From Halodesulfurarchaeum sp. (GTDB lineage Archaea > Halobacteriota > Halobacteria > Halobacteriales > Halobacteriaceae), in the NCBI GenBank assembly GCA_042216015.1, contig JBDGUI010000013.1, forward strand, positions 22,838 through 86,837: a stretch of 64,000 nt of DNA, read 5' to 3'. The first letter of the stretch is position 1. Each line of letters begins with the position of its first letter. Below the pieces are notes generated by a model. The model made no database searches and had not been told where the DNA came from. It saw only the letters and a program-made list of their open reading frames with translations. Positions 32,569-43,126 of the stretch are shown here, piece after piece. A program made the position numbers and the translations under genes.

Positions 32569-33899
32569 GAGAGGAGTTTCCGGTATTTCCAGGCCTTCTT
32601 CGCCGCGCCGGTCCAGCCGCCGAGGGCGCGTATCACCATCGTCTTCGCGCGGGTCGCGTGAGTCTCTTTCGGCTCGTAATCCTGGCGGAAGAACTCCTCC
32701 TCGGCGTTTGCGACCACGTCCGGCAACTCGGTGAAGAGGAAGTCCTTCTCGCCCCGGGCGAAGTCGCCGAACCAGTCGTAGTTCCGGAGGTTCTCGAGCA
32801 CGTAGGAGTCCTCGATGCGGTCGGGATACCCCTGCAGTCCCTCGGCGTCCGTTCGGCCCGCCTCGACGGCCTCCGCGACGGCCTCGCCGGCCAGATAGCC
32901 GCTCTCGACGGCCATGTTCGTGCCCTCGAGGTGGATGCCGTTGTTGAGCACGAGGCTGGCCGCGTCGCCGACGATGACGGCCCCGTCGTGAGCGAGGTCC
33001 GGGACCGCAGAGGCCCCGCCCTCGGGGATGGCCTTGGCCGAATACTCGACCACGCGACCGCCCTTGACCAGCGGTGCGACGGCCGGATGCTCCTTGAAGT
33101 CCGAAAGCACCTCGTCCGGCTTTCGTGGGTCCTCGACGGCGTCGGCGATGGTGTAGGCCAGGCCGATGGCGAGGGTGCGCTTGTTCGTGTAGATGAAGCC
33201 ACCGCCGACGGCGTTTCCGCAGGCTCCTTCACCGAAGTAATGGTAGGCCGCGCCGTCGTCCTCGCCCAGGCCGAAGCGCTCCTGGATCGTCTCTCGGTCG
33301 TACTTCCTGACCTCCTTCACGCCGATGGCGACCTCGTCGCGCTCGTCGGGCTCCTTGAGCCCGGCGGCCTCGGCGACGAGGGAGTTGCCACCCTCGGCCA
33401 GCACGACGACCGGTGCCCGGATCGTCCCGTCCGGTCGGTCGGTCTCGACGCCGACGATCGAGTCCCCGTCGTCCCGGAGCAGCCCCGTCACCGTGGTCTG
33501 GGTGACGACCGTGGCACCCGCCGCCTCGGCCTGCTCGGCGAACCACTCGTCGAAGTTGCTCCTGAGGACGGTGTAGGTGTCGTTGTGTGGCTCCTCCCGC
33601 CAGGCCCCCGGCCGCATCGAGACGGCGGTCTCGTCGGTCTCGGAGAGCAGGCTGAACTGCTTCTCCGCCAGGTAGCGCTCGACCGGGGCGTCCTCGAAGT
33701 CCTCGCCGGCGAGTTCCCGGATCCGGGGGGTGAACAGGGTCCCGCCGAAGACGTTCTTCGCGCCGGGGTAGTTTCCCCGTTCGATGACGAGTGGCTCCAG
33801 TCCCCGCTGGGCCATGGTCAACGCGGCCGCACTGCCCGCGAGGCCGGCCCCGACGACGATGGCGTCGAAGTGGTCGTCGTAGTTCGGCGTTTCAGTCAT
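32565..33899 (-). CDS. fixC: FixC-type ETF:quinone oxidoreductase
   Basis: VGAGLAG, ERGNYPGAKNVFGG, APVER, GGGFIYTN, IPEGG, VGDAA, EGTNMA. Confidence 0.9.
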   Translation of the reverse strand: MTETPNYDDHFDAIVVGAGLAGSAAALTMAQRGLEPLVIERGNYPGAKNVFGGTLFTPRIRELAGEDFEDAPVERYLAEKQFSLLSETDETAVSMRPGAWREEPHNDTYTVLRSNFDEWFAEQAEAAGATVVTQTTVTGLLRDDGDSIVGVETDRPDGTIRAPVVVLAEGGNSLVAEAAGLKEPDERDEVAIGVKEVRKYDRETIQERFGLGEDDGAAYHYFGEGACGNAVGGGFIYTNKRTLAIGLAYTIADAVEDPRKPDEVLSDFKEHPAVAPLVKGGRVVEYSAKAIPEGGASAVPDLAHDGAVIVGDAASLVLNNGIHLEGTNMAVESGYLAGEAVAEAVEAGRTDAEGLQGYPDRIEDSYVLENLRNYDWFGDFARGEKDFLFTELPDVVANAEEEFFRQDYEPKETHATRAKTMVIRALGGWTGAAKKAWKYRKLLS

Positions 33900-34909
33900 G
33901 CTGTTTCCTCCATCGTGTTCCGAATCGCATCTGTGAGGGCGGGCAGGATCTCGAAGAGGTCACCGACCAGCCCATAGTCGGCATCGTCGAAGATCGGTGC
34001 GTTCGGGTCGTCGTTGATCGCGACGATGGTCTTCGAGTCGTTCATGCCCTCGAGGTGCTGGATGGCGCCGCTGATGCCAGCGGCGATGTAGAGATCGGGT
34101 TTGACGGTCTTTCCGGTCTGTCCGACCTGTCTGGCAGCCTCGATCCATCCCTCCTCGACGGCCTCGCGTGTCGCGGCCACCTCGCCCCCCAGGACCTCGG
34201 CGAGATCCTCGATGGGGCCGAAGTCGCCCTCGGTGCCGAAGCCACCCGCGACGATCACCTCCGCGTCGGTGATGTCGGTGATGTCGCCCACGACCCGCTC
34301 GATGACCCGGGCGTGGACACTCGACTCGTCCACACCGGCCTCGATCTCCGTGATCGTCCCCTCGCGGTCGGGGTCCGGCTCGGCCGCGTCGAAGACGCCG
34401 GGTCGGACCGTCGCCATCTGTGGCCGGTGGTCGACGCACTTGATCGTCGCCATCGCGTCGCCGCCGAAGGTGGGTCGCTTGGCCAAAAGCAAGTCGGTGT
34501 CGGCCTCGATCTCGAGTTCCGTACAGTCGGCAGTCAGACCGGCGTAGGTCGGGACGGCCACGCGGCCGGCGAAGTCCCGGCCGGTGTGACTGCCGCCGAT
34601 GAGGACGACGTCCGGTTTGCGCTCCTCGACGAGGATTCGGAACTGCTCCCCGTACGGGCCGGGGAGGTACGGTTCGAAGATCCCGTCCTCGACCACGAGC
34701 ACCTCGTCGGCCCCGCGCTTCGTGGCTTCCGCTGCGAGGTGGGTCACCTCCTCGCCCATGACCAGCGCCACGAGTCGCTCGCCCTTCGCGTCCGCGAGTT
34801 CTCGCCCCTTCTGGAGCAGCTCCCACGAGACCTTGGCGGGCTCGCCGTCGTGCTGTTCGATGAAGACCCAGACGTCCTCGTATTCCTCGGTGTTCACTTC
34901 ACCCGGCAT
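33896..34909 (-). CDS. fixB: Electron transfer flavoprotein alpha subunit (FixB)
   Basis: [55 protein letters not shown]. Confidence 0.93.
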   Translation of the reverse strand: MPGEVNTEEYEDVWVFIEQHDGEPAKVSWELLQKGRELADAKGERLVALVMGEEVTHLAAEATKRGADEVLVVEDGIFEPYLPGPYGEQFRILVEERKPDVVLIGGSHTGRDFAGRVAVPTYAGLTADCTELEIEADTDLLLAKRPTFGGDAMATIKCVDHRPQMATVRPGVFDAAEPDPDREGTITEIEAGVDESSVHARVIERVVGDITDITDAEVIVAGGFGTEGDFGPIEDLAEVLGGEVAATREAVEEGWIEAARQVGQTGKTVKPDLYIAAGISGAIQHLEGMNDSKTIVAINDDPNAPIFDDADYGLVGDLFEILPALTDAIRNTMEETA

Positions 34910-35695
34910 CTAGATCGCCCCCTCCTCGCGGAGTGCCTCGACGAGTTCATCGACCGAGTCAAGCATCTGCCGTTTGCGCTCGACCGGCTCGGCGGTGTCC
35001 ATGCCGCCGACGGAGGTGGGCGAGGCCGCAAGCCCCACGGATTCCTCGATGCCGAGGTCACTCGCGGTGTACTGCTCGGGCTCGAACTCCGTCTCGGAGT
35101 AGATCTTCCGATGGAGTCCGGCGACCCGGGGCTCGTTCATGCCGAAACCGACGGCCACGACGACCGGGAGGCTTGCGGCGACCTCCTCGTGTCCCCCCTC
35201 GATGTCCCGGATCGCAACCAGTTCGTCGTCCTCGGGATGCGGGTCGAGTTCCTCGACGTAGGTGAGCTGGGACCAGTCGTTGTGGGCGGCGATCCCCGGT
35301 GGCACCTGCCCCGTCGAGGAGTCGGTACTCTCCTCGCCGCAGATCACCACGTCTGCGTCGAGTTCCTTCGCGATCGAGGCCAGCGCCAGGCTCGTCGGCC
35401 AGGTGTCACTGCCGCCGAAGGCCCGGTCGGTGAGGAGCACGCCGTCGTCGGCTCCGAGGCCGACCGCCGTCTCGAGGACGGCTTTTGCGAATGGCGGGCC
35501 CATCGTGACGGCGGTCACCGTGCCGCCGACCGCCGCTTTCAGTTCCAGGGCCGCCTCGATCGCGTTGTAGTCGGGCTTGTTGAGGACGGCCTCGGCGTCG
35601 GAGCGATTCAGCGTTCCGGTGTCGGGATCGATCGAGACGTCGTCCGCGTCGGGCACCTGTTTGACGCAGACGACTATGTTCCATTCTCGTGACAT
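34910..35695 (-). CDS. fixA: Electron transfer flavoprotein beta subunit (FixA)
   Basis: IVVCVKQVPD, TMGPP, LTDRAFGGSDT, GEESTDSSTGQVP. Confidence 0.93.
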   Translation of the reverse strand: MSREWNIVVCVKQVPDADDVSIDPDTGTLNRSDAEAVLNKPDYNAIEAALELKAAVGGTVTAVTMGPPFAKAVLETAVGLGADDGVLLTDRAFGGSDTWPTSLALASIAKELDADVVICGEESTDSSTGQVPPGIAAHNDWSQLTYVEELDPHPEDDELVAIRDIEGGHEEVAASLPVVVAVGFGMNEPRVAGLHRKIYSETEFEPEQYTASDLGIEESVGLAASPTSVGGMDTAEPVERKRQMLDSVDELVEALREEGAI

Positions 35696-35975
35696 ATGCG
35701 TATCGATGGTGGTAGGCCGGCTCCGTGATCCGATCCGATCGTCCGGCTAGCGGGCGGGAAACGCGTTCTAACGGGCGGTAGATTTGCCCTCCAACCGGTC
35801 GCGCGCCGGGTCTCTTGCACCAGTGTTGGCAAACTTTGCGGGCCCCAGCAATGAATCCACCTCTTTTTCCCGGTGGACGGCAGTGCAGGTTCGGCCCCCT
35901 CGCACATGGTCACCGAACGGAACAACCCCGCTGGCCCGGAACGGACTTATTTGGCTCGCCACCTTATCCAGTCCC

Positions 35976-37970
35976 GTGAGCACCCGGACCGAGGCCCTCG
36001 ACGCCCTGGTCTTCGGCGTCGACGTGCAGAGCGGCGACGTGCGCGGGGACACGCCGTCCTATGCGCTCTGTGTCTTCGACGGGAAGCCGGTGGAACGGAC
36101 GACGGTGAGCTATCACAACCTCCTCCGGCGGATTCAGGACGTCGAACCCGATCTCGTCGCGACGGACAACATGTACGAACTGGCGGCGGACAAGGACGAC
36201 CTCGTTCGCTTTCTCCAGCGTCTGCCGGCAGAAACCACGCTCGTCCAGGTGACCGGCGACGAACGGCCGGAACCCCTCTCCCGGGTGGCCAACCGGCATG
36301 GCGTCCCGTACGACACGGACCCGATGGCCGAAGCCGAGGCCGCAGCGCGGCTCGCGGCGCGGAACGTCGGCTCCGCCGTTCGGGCCTTCGCCGATCGCAC
36401 GACGGTGAAGATCTCGAGAGGGCGCTCGATCGGGAAGGGCGGATCGAGCGAAGATCGGTACACCCGCCGGATCCACGGCCACGTCAAGACCGAGGCCCGA
36501 CGCGTGGAGTCCGCCCTCGAGGAGGCCGGACTGGAGTTCGAGCGGGAGGTGACCGAGAAGTACGGCGGTTTTTCGAACGCGGTTTTCACGGTCGAGGCAC
36601 CGGTGAGCGAGATTCCCGTGTCCGCCGGCCGCTCGGGTGACACCAGAATCGAGATCGAGCCGGTCGAGCGCGATGGCATCGACTTCCAACCGCTCGTGAC
36701 CCGGCGAGACAGGGTCTTCGTCGGCGTCGACCCCGGCACGACGACCGCCGTGGGGATCGTGGACCTCGACGGGAATCCACTTGCGACCTGGCACAGCCGG
36801 ACCGCCGACAGGGCCCGGGTCATCGAGTGGATCATCGAGCGCGGGCAGCCGGTGCTCGTTGCCGCCGACGTGACGCCGATGCCCGAGACCGTCGAGAAGA
36901 TCCGGCGGAGCTTCGACGCGGCGGCCTGGACCCCCGCGACGGACCTGCCGGTCGACGAGAAGCTTCACCGGACCCGCGAGGCGGCGACGGCGAACGACCA
37001 CGAGCGGGACGCTCTCGCCGCGGCGCTTTACGCGTTCGACGCCCACGAGGAGACGATCGAGCGAGTCGTCTCGAAGGCGCCCCGGACGGCCGACCGGGAG
37101 GCGGTCGTTGGCCGGGTGATCAAAGAACAAACCTCCGTGGAGGCGGTCCTCAGGGAACAGGAGGAGACCCAGGCGGAATCGGACACCGAAACGGAGTCGG
37201 AACCCGCCGAACCGAGCCCCGAACAGCGTCGGATCCGCGATCTCGAAACACAGGTCGAGCGACTCCAGTCCCACGTCGAGGATCTCAAGGGCCGCCTCGA
37301 CGAGAAGGACGCGACCATCGAGGATCTCCAGGACCGGCTCACCGAGGCCAAGCGCGAGGAGCGAACCGAGGCCCGCGCCCGCCGGGAGGTCTCGAGGCTT
37401 CAGTGGGAGACCGATCGGTTGGAGGCCGAACTCGAGGAGGAGCGCCGTGCGCGCGAGGACCTCGAGGGGAAACTCGAGCGGCTGAAGGAACTCTGGAAGC
37501 TCGATCACTCGAACTTCCCCGACGTGGACCAGTCCGGCGATCTCACCCCGGTCAAGGTGGTCGAGAAGTTCACCGTCGAGGCGATCGAAGCCACCCACGA
37601 GACCTACGGAATTGCGGCCGGGGACGTCGTCTACCTCCGGGACGCCTCCGGGGCTGGCCGTCGGACGGCCGAGCGGCTGGTCGAGTTCGAACCGCGGCTC
37701 GTCGTGCGGAACGGCGGGATCTCGGACGTGGCCGACCGATTGCTCTTCGAGAACGAGGTCCCCCTGGCTCCGGCCGAACTGGTGACGATCCAGGAGGTCG
37801 ACGAGCTGGCGGTGGCCCGCGAGGCTGACGTCGAGGCGGCGATCGAGGACTGGGAGGACCGGGCCGCGGAGCGCCGCCGCTCACGGAATGCCGAAATGGT
37901 CGATCAACTCATCTCCGAGCACCGGGCCGACCGGCGGGACGCCGACCCGAGCGAGTTGCTCGATTCCTGA
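35976..37970 (+). CDS. DUF460 family protein (RNase H-like domain plus coiled coil)
   Basis: VATDNMYEL, GGSSEDRYTR, VGVDPGTTTA, NDHERDALAAA; GTG start inferred. Confidence 0.85.
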   Translation: MSTRTEALDALVFGVDVQSGDVRGDTPSYALCVFDGKPVERTTVSYHNLLRRIQDVEPDLVATDNMYELAADKDDLVRFLQRLPAETTLVQVTGDERPEPLSRVANRHGVPYDTDPMAEAEAAARLAARNVGSAVRAFADRTTVKISRGRSIGKGGSSEDRYTRRIHGHVKTEARRVESALEEAGLEFEREVTEKYGGFSNAVFTVEAPVSEIPVSAGRSGDTRIEIEPVERDGIDFQPLVTRRDRVFVGVDPGTTTAVGIVDLDGNPLATWHSRTADRARVIEWIIERGQPVLVAADVTPMPETVEKIRRSFDAAAWTPATDLPVDEKLHRTREAATANDHERDALAAALYAFDAHEETIERVVSKAPRTADREAVVGRVIKEQTSVEAVLREQEETQAESDTETESEPAEPSPEQRRIRDLETQVERLQSHVEDLKGRLDEKDATIEDLQDRLTEAKREERTEARARREVSRLQWETDRLEAELEEERRAREDLEGKLERLKELWKLDHSNFPDVDQSGDLTPVKVVEKFTVEAIEATHETYGIAAGDVVYLRDASGAGRRTAERLVEFEPRLVVRNGGISDVADRLLFENEVPLAPAELVTIQEVDELAVAREADVEAAIEDWEDRAAERRRSRNAEMVDQLISEHRADRRDADPSELLDS

Positions 37971-38017
37971 GGTTCGAGTGGCGGATCGAACAGGTGGCCT
38001 GCAGGAACTGGCGGTCT

Positions 38018-38159
38018 CCGGAACGGTGGGCCACACCCGGCAGGGGAACGGGAATGATCGCAGGAGCACGCCTGCCGCGGTCGGAAAATCCGCTCTCGCG
38101 AACCGTTCCGGGCGACGGGTCAGGGCATGGGGCGAGATGGTCAGGTTTTCGTACTTGAA
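38018..38159 (-). ncRNA. Copy C of the dispersed TATA(-31)/ATG-CCC-TGA element
   Basis: Minus strand TTCAAG at 38159-38154, ATGCCCTGA at 38128-38120, then CCCGTCGCCCGGAACGGTTCGCGAGAG; 10-bp inverted repeat 38018-38027/38102-38111. Confidence 0.55.
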
Positions 38160-38242
38160 CCTCGGGTCGGCACGGCGGGATTTTGACCCCTCGATGGAAC
38201 CCTTCCAGAAGCCATAACCTCCCGGCACGATTGCGGTGGGAT

Positions 38243-39223
38243 ATGGATCCCTACGACCTCCTGACGCGGAACGCCTCGGAGGTGGTCACGGAGACGGAAC
38301 TCCGGACGATCGCGGACGACCCCATGGGCAAGCGGGCCTACGTGGGATACGAGCCCTCAGGAGTTCTCCACATCGGGCACCTGTTGACCGCGAACAAGCT
38401 GATCGACCTGCAGGAGGCGGGTCTGGAGGTCGTGGTGTTGCTTGCGGACGTGCACGCGTATCTCAACGGCAAGGGCACGTTCGAGGAGATCCGGGAGACC
38501 GCCGAGCAGATGAAGGCCCAGTTTCTCGCCTACGGCCTCGATCCAGAACAGACGGAGTTTCGCTACGGCTCGGCCTTCCAGTTCGAGGAGGAGTACGTGC
38601 TCGACCTCCACACCCTGGCCCTCGAAACGTCGATCAATCGCGCCCAGCGGGCGATGGCCGAGATTCAAAGCGGGGAGACGGTCACGGTCTCCCACGTGAT
38701 CTACCCACTAATGCAGGTCCTCGACATCGAGTATCTCGATCTCGATCTCGCGGTCGGCGGGCTGGACCAGCGCAAGGTGCACATGCTCGCCCGCGAGAAA
38801 CTTCCGGACCTGGGATATGCCGTGCGCCCGGCGATCCACACGCCGATTCTGGGGGACCTGACGACCGGCGAGGGCAAGATGTCCTCGAGTGCGGGCGTCA
38901 CGCTCTCGATGGAGGACTCCACTGCGTCGATCGAGGAGAAGGTCAATTCGGCGTTTTGTCCACCGACTCGAGATCCCGAGGGCGAGAAAGTCAACCCAGT
39001 TCTCGAGCTGTTCGAGTACCAGATATTCCCCCGATTCGACCGCGTCGTCGTCGAGCGCCCCGAGAAGTACGGCGGGAATCTCGAGTATGCGACCCACGAG
39101 GCGCTCGCCGACGACCTCGAATCAGGCGACCTCCACCCGGCCGACGCGAAGTCGGCATTGGCCAGTCACCTCGACGACCTGATCGCCCCCGGTCGGGAGC
39201 GGTTGCGGGAGCTTCGGGACTGA
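38243..39223 (+). CDS. tyrS: Tyrosine--tRNA ligase
   Basis: YVGYEPSGVLHIGH, YPLMQVLD, GGLDQRK, KMSSS. Confidence 0.96.
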   Translation: MDPYDLLTRNASEVVTETELRTIADDPMGKRAYVGYEPSGVLHIGHLLTANKLIDLQEAGLEVVVLLADVHAYLNGKGTFEEIRETAEQMKAQFLAYGLDPEQTEFRYGSAFQFEEEYVLDLHTLALETSINRAQRAMAEIQSGETVTVSHVIYPLMQVLDIEYLDLDLAVGGLDQRKVHMLAREKLPDLGYAVRPAIHTPILGDLTTGEGKMSSSAGVTLSMEDSTASIEEKVNSAFCPPTRDPEGEKVNPVLELFEYQIFPRFDRVVVERPEKYGGNLEYATHEALADDLESGDLHPADAKSALASHLDDLIAPGRERLRELRD

Positions 39224-39325
39224 GCGGGCCGTTCGTGCGGCGAGAAATTCTGTGAACCCTCGGCGGCGGTCGGCAGGCGACCGCGTGTGATGGGGTTTAA
39301 GCCGCTGTGTTGCAAATTCGGTGGC

Positions 39326-39613
39326 ATGAGCGAGAACGAGCGTGGACGGACTGACCTCAGGATGCCCGACGACGACGAGGTATTCGCGGTGGTCGAAAAC
39401 ATGCTCGGCGCGAATCGCGTGAAAGTGAGGTGCGAGGACGGGGTCGAACGCACGGCCCGCATCCCGGGCCGGATGCAAAAGCGGGTCTGGATCCGCGAGG
39501 ACGACGTGGTTCTGGTCGAACCGTGGGACTGGCAGGACGAGAAGGCCGACATCGTCTGGCGCTACGAGAAGAGCGAGGCCGACCAACTCCGGGAGGAGGG
39601 CCACATCGGGTGA
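39326..39613 (+). CDS. eif1A: Translation initiation factor 1A
   Basis: [40 protein letters not shown]. Confidence 0.96.
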   Translation: MSENERGRTDLRMPDDDEVFAVVENMLGANRVKVRCEDGVERTARIPGRMQKRVWIREDDVVLVEPWDWQDEKADIVWRYEKSEADQLREEGHIG

Positions 39614-39616
39614 GCT

Positions 39617-40474
39617 GTGACCGATGAATTCGTCGAGTCCGACGCCGTCGATGGGGTCGGCGACGAGTGGGAGGAACTCGACGTCTCGGACACGGCGGCC
39701 GACCGGATCGCCCGGAAGCAGGACCGCGAATTTTCCGAGTTCCGCAAGCGCCTGAAGGACACGGAGCAGTTCAAAGTCGAGGGGTCGGTCTTCGACGATG
39801 CGACCTACGCCGCCCTGTACAAGCTCGTTCAGGACGGCCACCTCCAGGCCTTCGGCGGCCCAATCTCCACGGGCAAGGAGGCAAACGTCTACGAGGCCCT
39901 CGACGAGGCCGGCGACACCGTCGCCGTGAAGGTCTATCTCACGACGACGAGCAACTTCCGGCAGATGAGCGACTATCTCGAGGGGGACCCCCGCTTCGAG
40001 GGCATCCAGGGCTCGACGACGAAGGTGGTCATCGCGTGGGTCAAAAAGGAGTACTCCAACCTCAAACGGGCCAAGGCGGCCGGCGTCGCCGTTCCGGACC
40101 CGATCGCCGTCCAGCGGAACGTCCTCGTGATGGAGTATCTCGGCGAGGAGGACGACCCGGCGCCCACCCTCAACGACGTCACCATCGAGAACCCCGAGAC
40201 GGCCTTCTCGGTCGTTCGGGAGTACATGCGTCGACTCCACGACGCGGGACTGGTCCACGGCGACCTGAGCGAGTACAACCTGGTCGTCCACGACGGACAG
40301 ATCATCGTCATCGACGTCGGACAGGCGGTCACCGTTCACCATCCAAACGCCGAGGACCTCCTCGAGCGGGACTGCCGAAACGTCGCCGCCTTCTTCGCCG
40401 ACCTCGGCGTGGACGTAACCGCTGAGTCCCTTCGGGCCCATCTCGACCGCGAGGCCGCGCCACACGAGGACTGA
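39617..40474 (+). CDS. rio1: Serine/threonine kinase Rio1
   Basis: ISTGKEANVY, KEYSNL, NVLVMEY, VHGDLSEYN, IDVGQAV. Confidence 0.95.
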   Translation: MTDEFVESDAVDGVGDEWEELDVSDTAADRIARKQDREFSEFRKRLKDTEQFKVEGSVFDDATYAALYKLVQDGHLQAFGGPISTGKEANVYEALDEAGDTVAVKVYLTTTSNFRQMSDYLEGDPRFEGIQGSTTKVVIAWVKKEYSNLKRAKAAGVAVPDPIAVQRNVLVMEYLGEEDDPAPTLNDVTIENPETAFSVVREYMRRLHDAGLVHGDLSEYNLVVHDGQIIVIDVGQAVTVHHPNAEDLLERDCRNVAAFFADLGVDVTAESLRAHLDREAAPHED

Positions 40475-40517
40475 CTCCCGGAGAACCCTTAAACCCACAG
40501 CGTCGCTAGTCTCGGCC

Positions 40518-41069
40518 ATGACACACGTGAAGATTCCGACGGAGCGGATCGGGGTGCTGATCGGCGAGGGAGGTGAGACCGTCGAGACGATCGAGGAGGC
40601 CGCGGAGGTCGAACTCACCATCGACTCGGAGAACGGCGCCGTGAAGATCGAGTCGGTCGGCGACTCGGTCAAGGGGATGACCGCCTCGGACATCGTCCGG
40701 GCGATCGGCCGTGGTTTCGCCCCGGAGGAAGCCCTGACCCTCCTCGAGGACGAGATGCGGATGTTCGACCTGCTCGACATCGAGCGGGTCGCCCGGAACG
40801 ACAACGACCTGCGCCGCCAGAAGGGGCGGCTCATCGGAGAGGGAGGTCGAACGCGAGAACTCATGGAGGAACTGACCGGCGCGAGCGTGGCGATCTACGG
40901 CTCGACGATGGGCATCATTGGGTCCCCGCGCGAGGTCGAGATCGTGCGAAGCGCCGCGGACATGTTGCTCGACGGGGCTCCCCACGGTGCCGTCTACTCC
41001 TTCCTCGAGCGAAAGCGCGTCGAGGAGCTGAAAAGCCAGGGAATGGATTACCACGAATTCACGGGCTGA
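40518..41069 (+). CDS. KH-domain RNA-processing protein (Pno1/Dim2-like)
   Basis: RIGVLIGEGG, AIGRGFAPE, KGRLIGEGG, GAPHGAVY; eif1A-rio1-KH gene order. Confidence 0.92.
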   Translation: MTHVKIPTERIGVLIGEGGETVETIEEAAEVELTIDSENGAVKIESVGDSVKGMTASDIVRAIGRGFAPEEALTLLEDEMRMFDLLDIERVARNDNDLRRQKGRLIGEGGRTRELMEELTGASVAIYGSTMGIIGSPREVEIVRSAADMLLDGAPHGAVYSFLERKRVEELKSQGMDYHEFTG

Positions 41070-41176
41070 GTCGCTTGCCACCGTCGTCCGTGAGCCACGT
41101 AAATGATCGTGGCATGTGAGGCCACCACACGGATTTCGTGGTCCTCTTGCCGTCGCTGTACCTTGGACCAACACGC

Positions 41177-41195
41177 TTATATAGAATAGCAAAAC
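41177..41195 (+). promoter_or_regulatory. Thermosome promoter (TATA box followed by CAAA)
   Basis: CTTATATAGAATAGCAAAA immediately upstream of the thsA start. Confidence 0.6.
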
Positions 41196-41210
41196 AACTC
41201 CCTTCCGAAC

Positions 41211-42914
41211 ATGGCGCAGATGGGTAATCAACCCCTCATTGTACTCTCCGAGGAGTCCCAGCGAACGTCCGGGGAAGACGCACAGTCGATGAATATCACG
41301 GCCGGGAAGGCCGTCGCGGAGTCGGTCCGCACGACCCTCGGCCCGAAGGGGATGGACAAGATGCTCGTCGACTCGACGGGCAACGTCGTCGTGACGAACG
41401 ACGGCGTCACGATCCTCAAGGAGATGGATATCGAGCACCCGGCGGCCAACATGATCGTCGAGGTCGCCGAGACCCAGGAGAACGAGGTCGGTGACGGCAC
41501 CACCACTGCCGTCATCGTCGCCGGTGAACTCTTGAAAGAGGCCGAGAACCTGCTCGAACAGGACATTCACGCCACCACCCTGGCTCAGGGGTACCGCCAG
41601 GCTGCCGAAGCGGCAAAAGATCAGCTCGAGGAACAGGCCATCGAGATCTCCACCGAGGACACCGAGCACCTCGAGCAGATCGCCGCGACGGCGATGACCG
41701 GCAAGGGCGCCGAGACCGCGAAGGACGCGCTCTCCTCGCTGGTCGTCTCCGCCGTCCAGTCCGTCGCAGACGAGGAAGGCATCGATACGGACAACGTGAA
41801 AATCGAAAAGGTCGTCGGCGGTGCCATCGACAACTCCGAGCTGATCGATGGCGTCATCGTCGATAAGACCCGCGTCGACGAGAACATGCCCTACGCCGTC
41901 GAGGACGCCAACGTCGCCCTGGTCGACACCGGGCTCGAGGTCGAGGAAACCGAGATCGACACGGAGGTCAACGTCACCGATCCCGACCAGCTCGAGGAGT
42001 TCTTAGAGCGCGAGGAGGCCCAGCTGCGCGAACTCGTCGACGCGCTCGTCGAGGTCGGCACCGACGTCGTCTTCGTCGACGGGGGCATCGACGACATGGC
42101 CCAGCACTTCCTCGCCAAGAAGGGCATTCTTGCCGTCCGGCGCGTGAAGGGAGACGACATGACCCGCATCGCCCGGGCCACCGGCGGGACCCCGGTCTCG
42201 AGCGTGCGGGATATCTCCGCCGACGATCTCGGTCACGCCGGCTCCGTGGCTCAAAAGGACGTGGGCGGCGACGAGCGCATCTTCATCGAGGACGTCGAGG
42301 AGGCCAAATCCGTCACGATGATCCTCCGCGGTGGCACCGAGCACGTGGTTGACGAGGTCGAGCGGGCCATCGTGGACTCGCTCCACGTCGTCCGCGTCAC
42401 GCTCGAGGACGGCAAGGTCGTCCCAGGCGGCGGCTCGCCGGAGACCGAACTGGCTCTCGAGCTGCGTGACTTTGCCGACTCCGTCGGCGGTCGCGAGGCC
42501 CTGGCCATCGAGCACTTCGCTGACGCACTCGAGGTCGTCCCACGCACGCTCGCGGAGAACGCGGGTCACGACCCGATCGATTCCCTCGTCGAACTCCGCA
42601 GCCAGCACGACGCCGGTTCGACCGGCTCCGGGCTTGACGCCTACACTGGAAGCGTGATCGACATGGAGGAGGAAGGCGTCGTCGAGCCGCTCCGCGTGAA
42701 GACCCAGGCCATCGAGTCCGCTACCGAGGCCGCGGTGATGATCCTCCGCATCGACGACGTGATCGCCGCCGGCGACCTGAAGGGCGGTGAGGTCGGCGGT
42801 GACGATGACGACGACATGCCCGCAGGCGGCCCCGGCGGTGCCGGCGGCATGGGCGGCATGGGTGGCGGAATGGGCGGTATGGGCGGTATGGGTGGCATGG
42901 GCGGCGCGATGTAG
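41211..42914 (+). CDS. thsA: Thermosome (group II chaperonin) subunit alpha
   Basis: [25 protein letters not shown]-terminal GGM repeats. Confidence 0.95.
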   Translation: MAQMGNQPLIVLSEESQRTSGEDAQSMNITAGKAVAESVRTTLGPKGMDKMLVDSTGNVVVTNDGVTILKEMDIEHPAANMIVEVAETQENEVGDGTTTAVIVAGELLKEAENLLEQDIHATTLAQGYRQAAEAAKDQLEEQAIEISTEDTEHLEQIAATAMTGKGAETAKDALSSLVVSAVQSVADEEGIDTDNVKIEKVVGGAIDNSELIDGVIVDKTRVDENMPYAVEDANVALVDTGLEVEETEIDTEVNVTDPDQLEEFLEREEAQLRELVDALVEVGTDVVFVDGGIDDMAQHFLAKKGILAVRRVKGDDMTRIARATGGTPVSSVRDISADDLGHAGSVAQKDVGGDERIFIEDVEEAKSVTMILRGGTEHVVDEVERAIVDSLHVVRVTLEDGKVVPGGGSPETELALELRDFADSVGGREALAIEHFADALEVVPRTLAENAGHDPIDSLVELRSQHDAGSTGSGLDAYTGSVIDMEEEGVVEPLRVKTQAIESATEAAVMILRIDDVIAAGDLKGGEVGGDDDDDMPAGGPGGAGGMGGMGGGMGGMGGMGGMGGAM

Positions 42915-43025
42915 GATAGGTCGAAGATCTATCGAACGGACGAACGGGCCACTTGTGGCTCGTGAGACTGGAGAAGCGCGAAGCGCTTCTCCGAACGAGC
43001 GAGCGGGCCGTTCGGGGCCCGCGAG
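42915..43025. repeat. Cluster of four palindromes (REP-like)
   Basis: GATAGGTC-GAA-GATCTATC; ACGGGCCAC-TT-GTGGCTCGT; GGAGAAGCGC-GAA-GCGCTTCTCC; GCGGGCC-GTTCGG-GGCCCGC. Confidence 0.7.
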
Positions 43026-43126
43026 CCGGATCCCGTCACTCAGCCCATCTTCCTCACCCCAACCGACTCGAACCGACCGCTGAGAACGCACGTTCCGTTT
43101 CTGCGTATCGAAAGAAGGAGCCGTCG

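Noticed and set aside
37971..38242. Possible SRP RNA or Tyr-rich leader upstream of tyrS
   Set aside because: No SRP helix-8 motif; short upstream ORFs have at most one Tyr; the region is better explained by element copy C
42846..42911. GGCGGCATG tandem repeats
   Set aside because: The normal GGM tail of chaperonins
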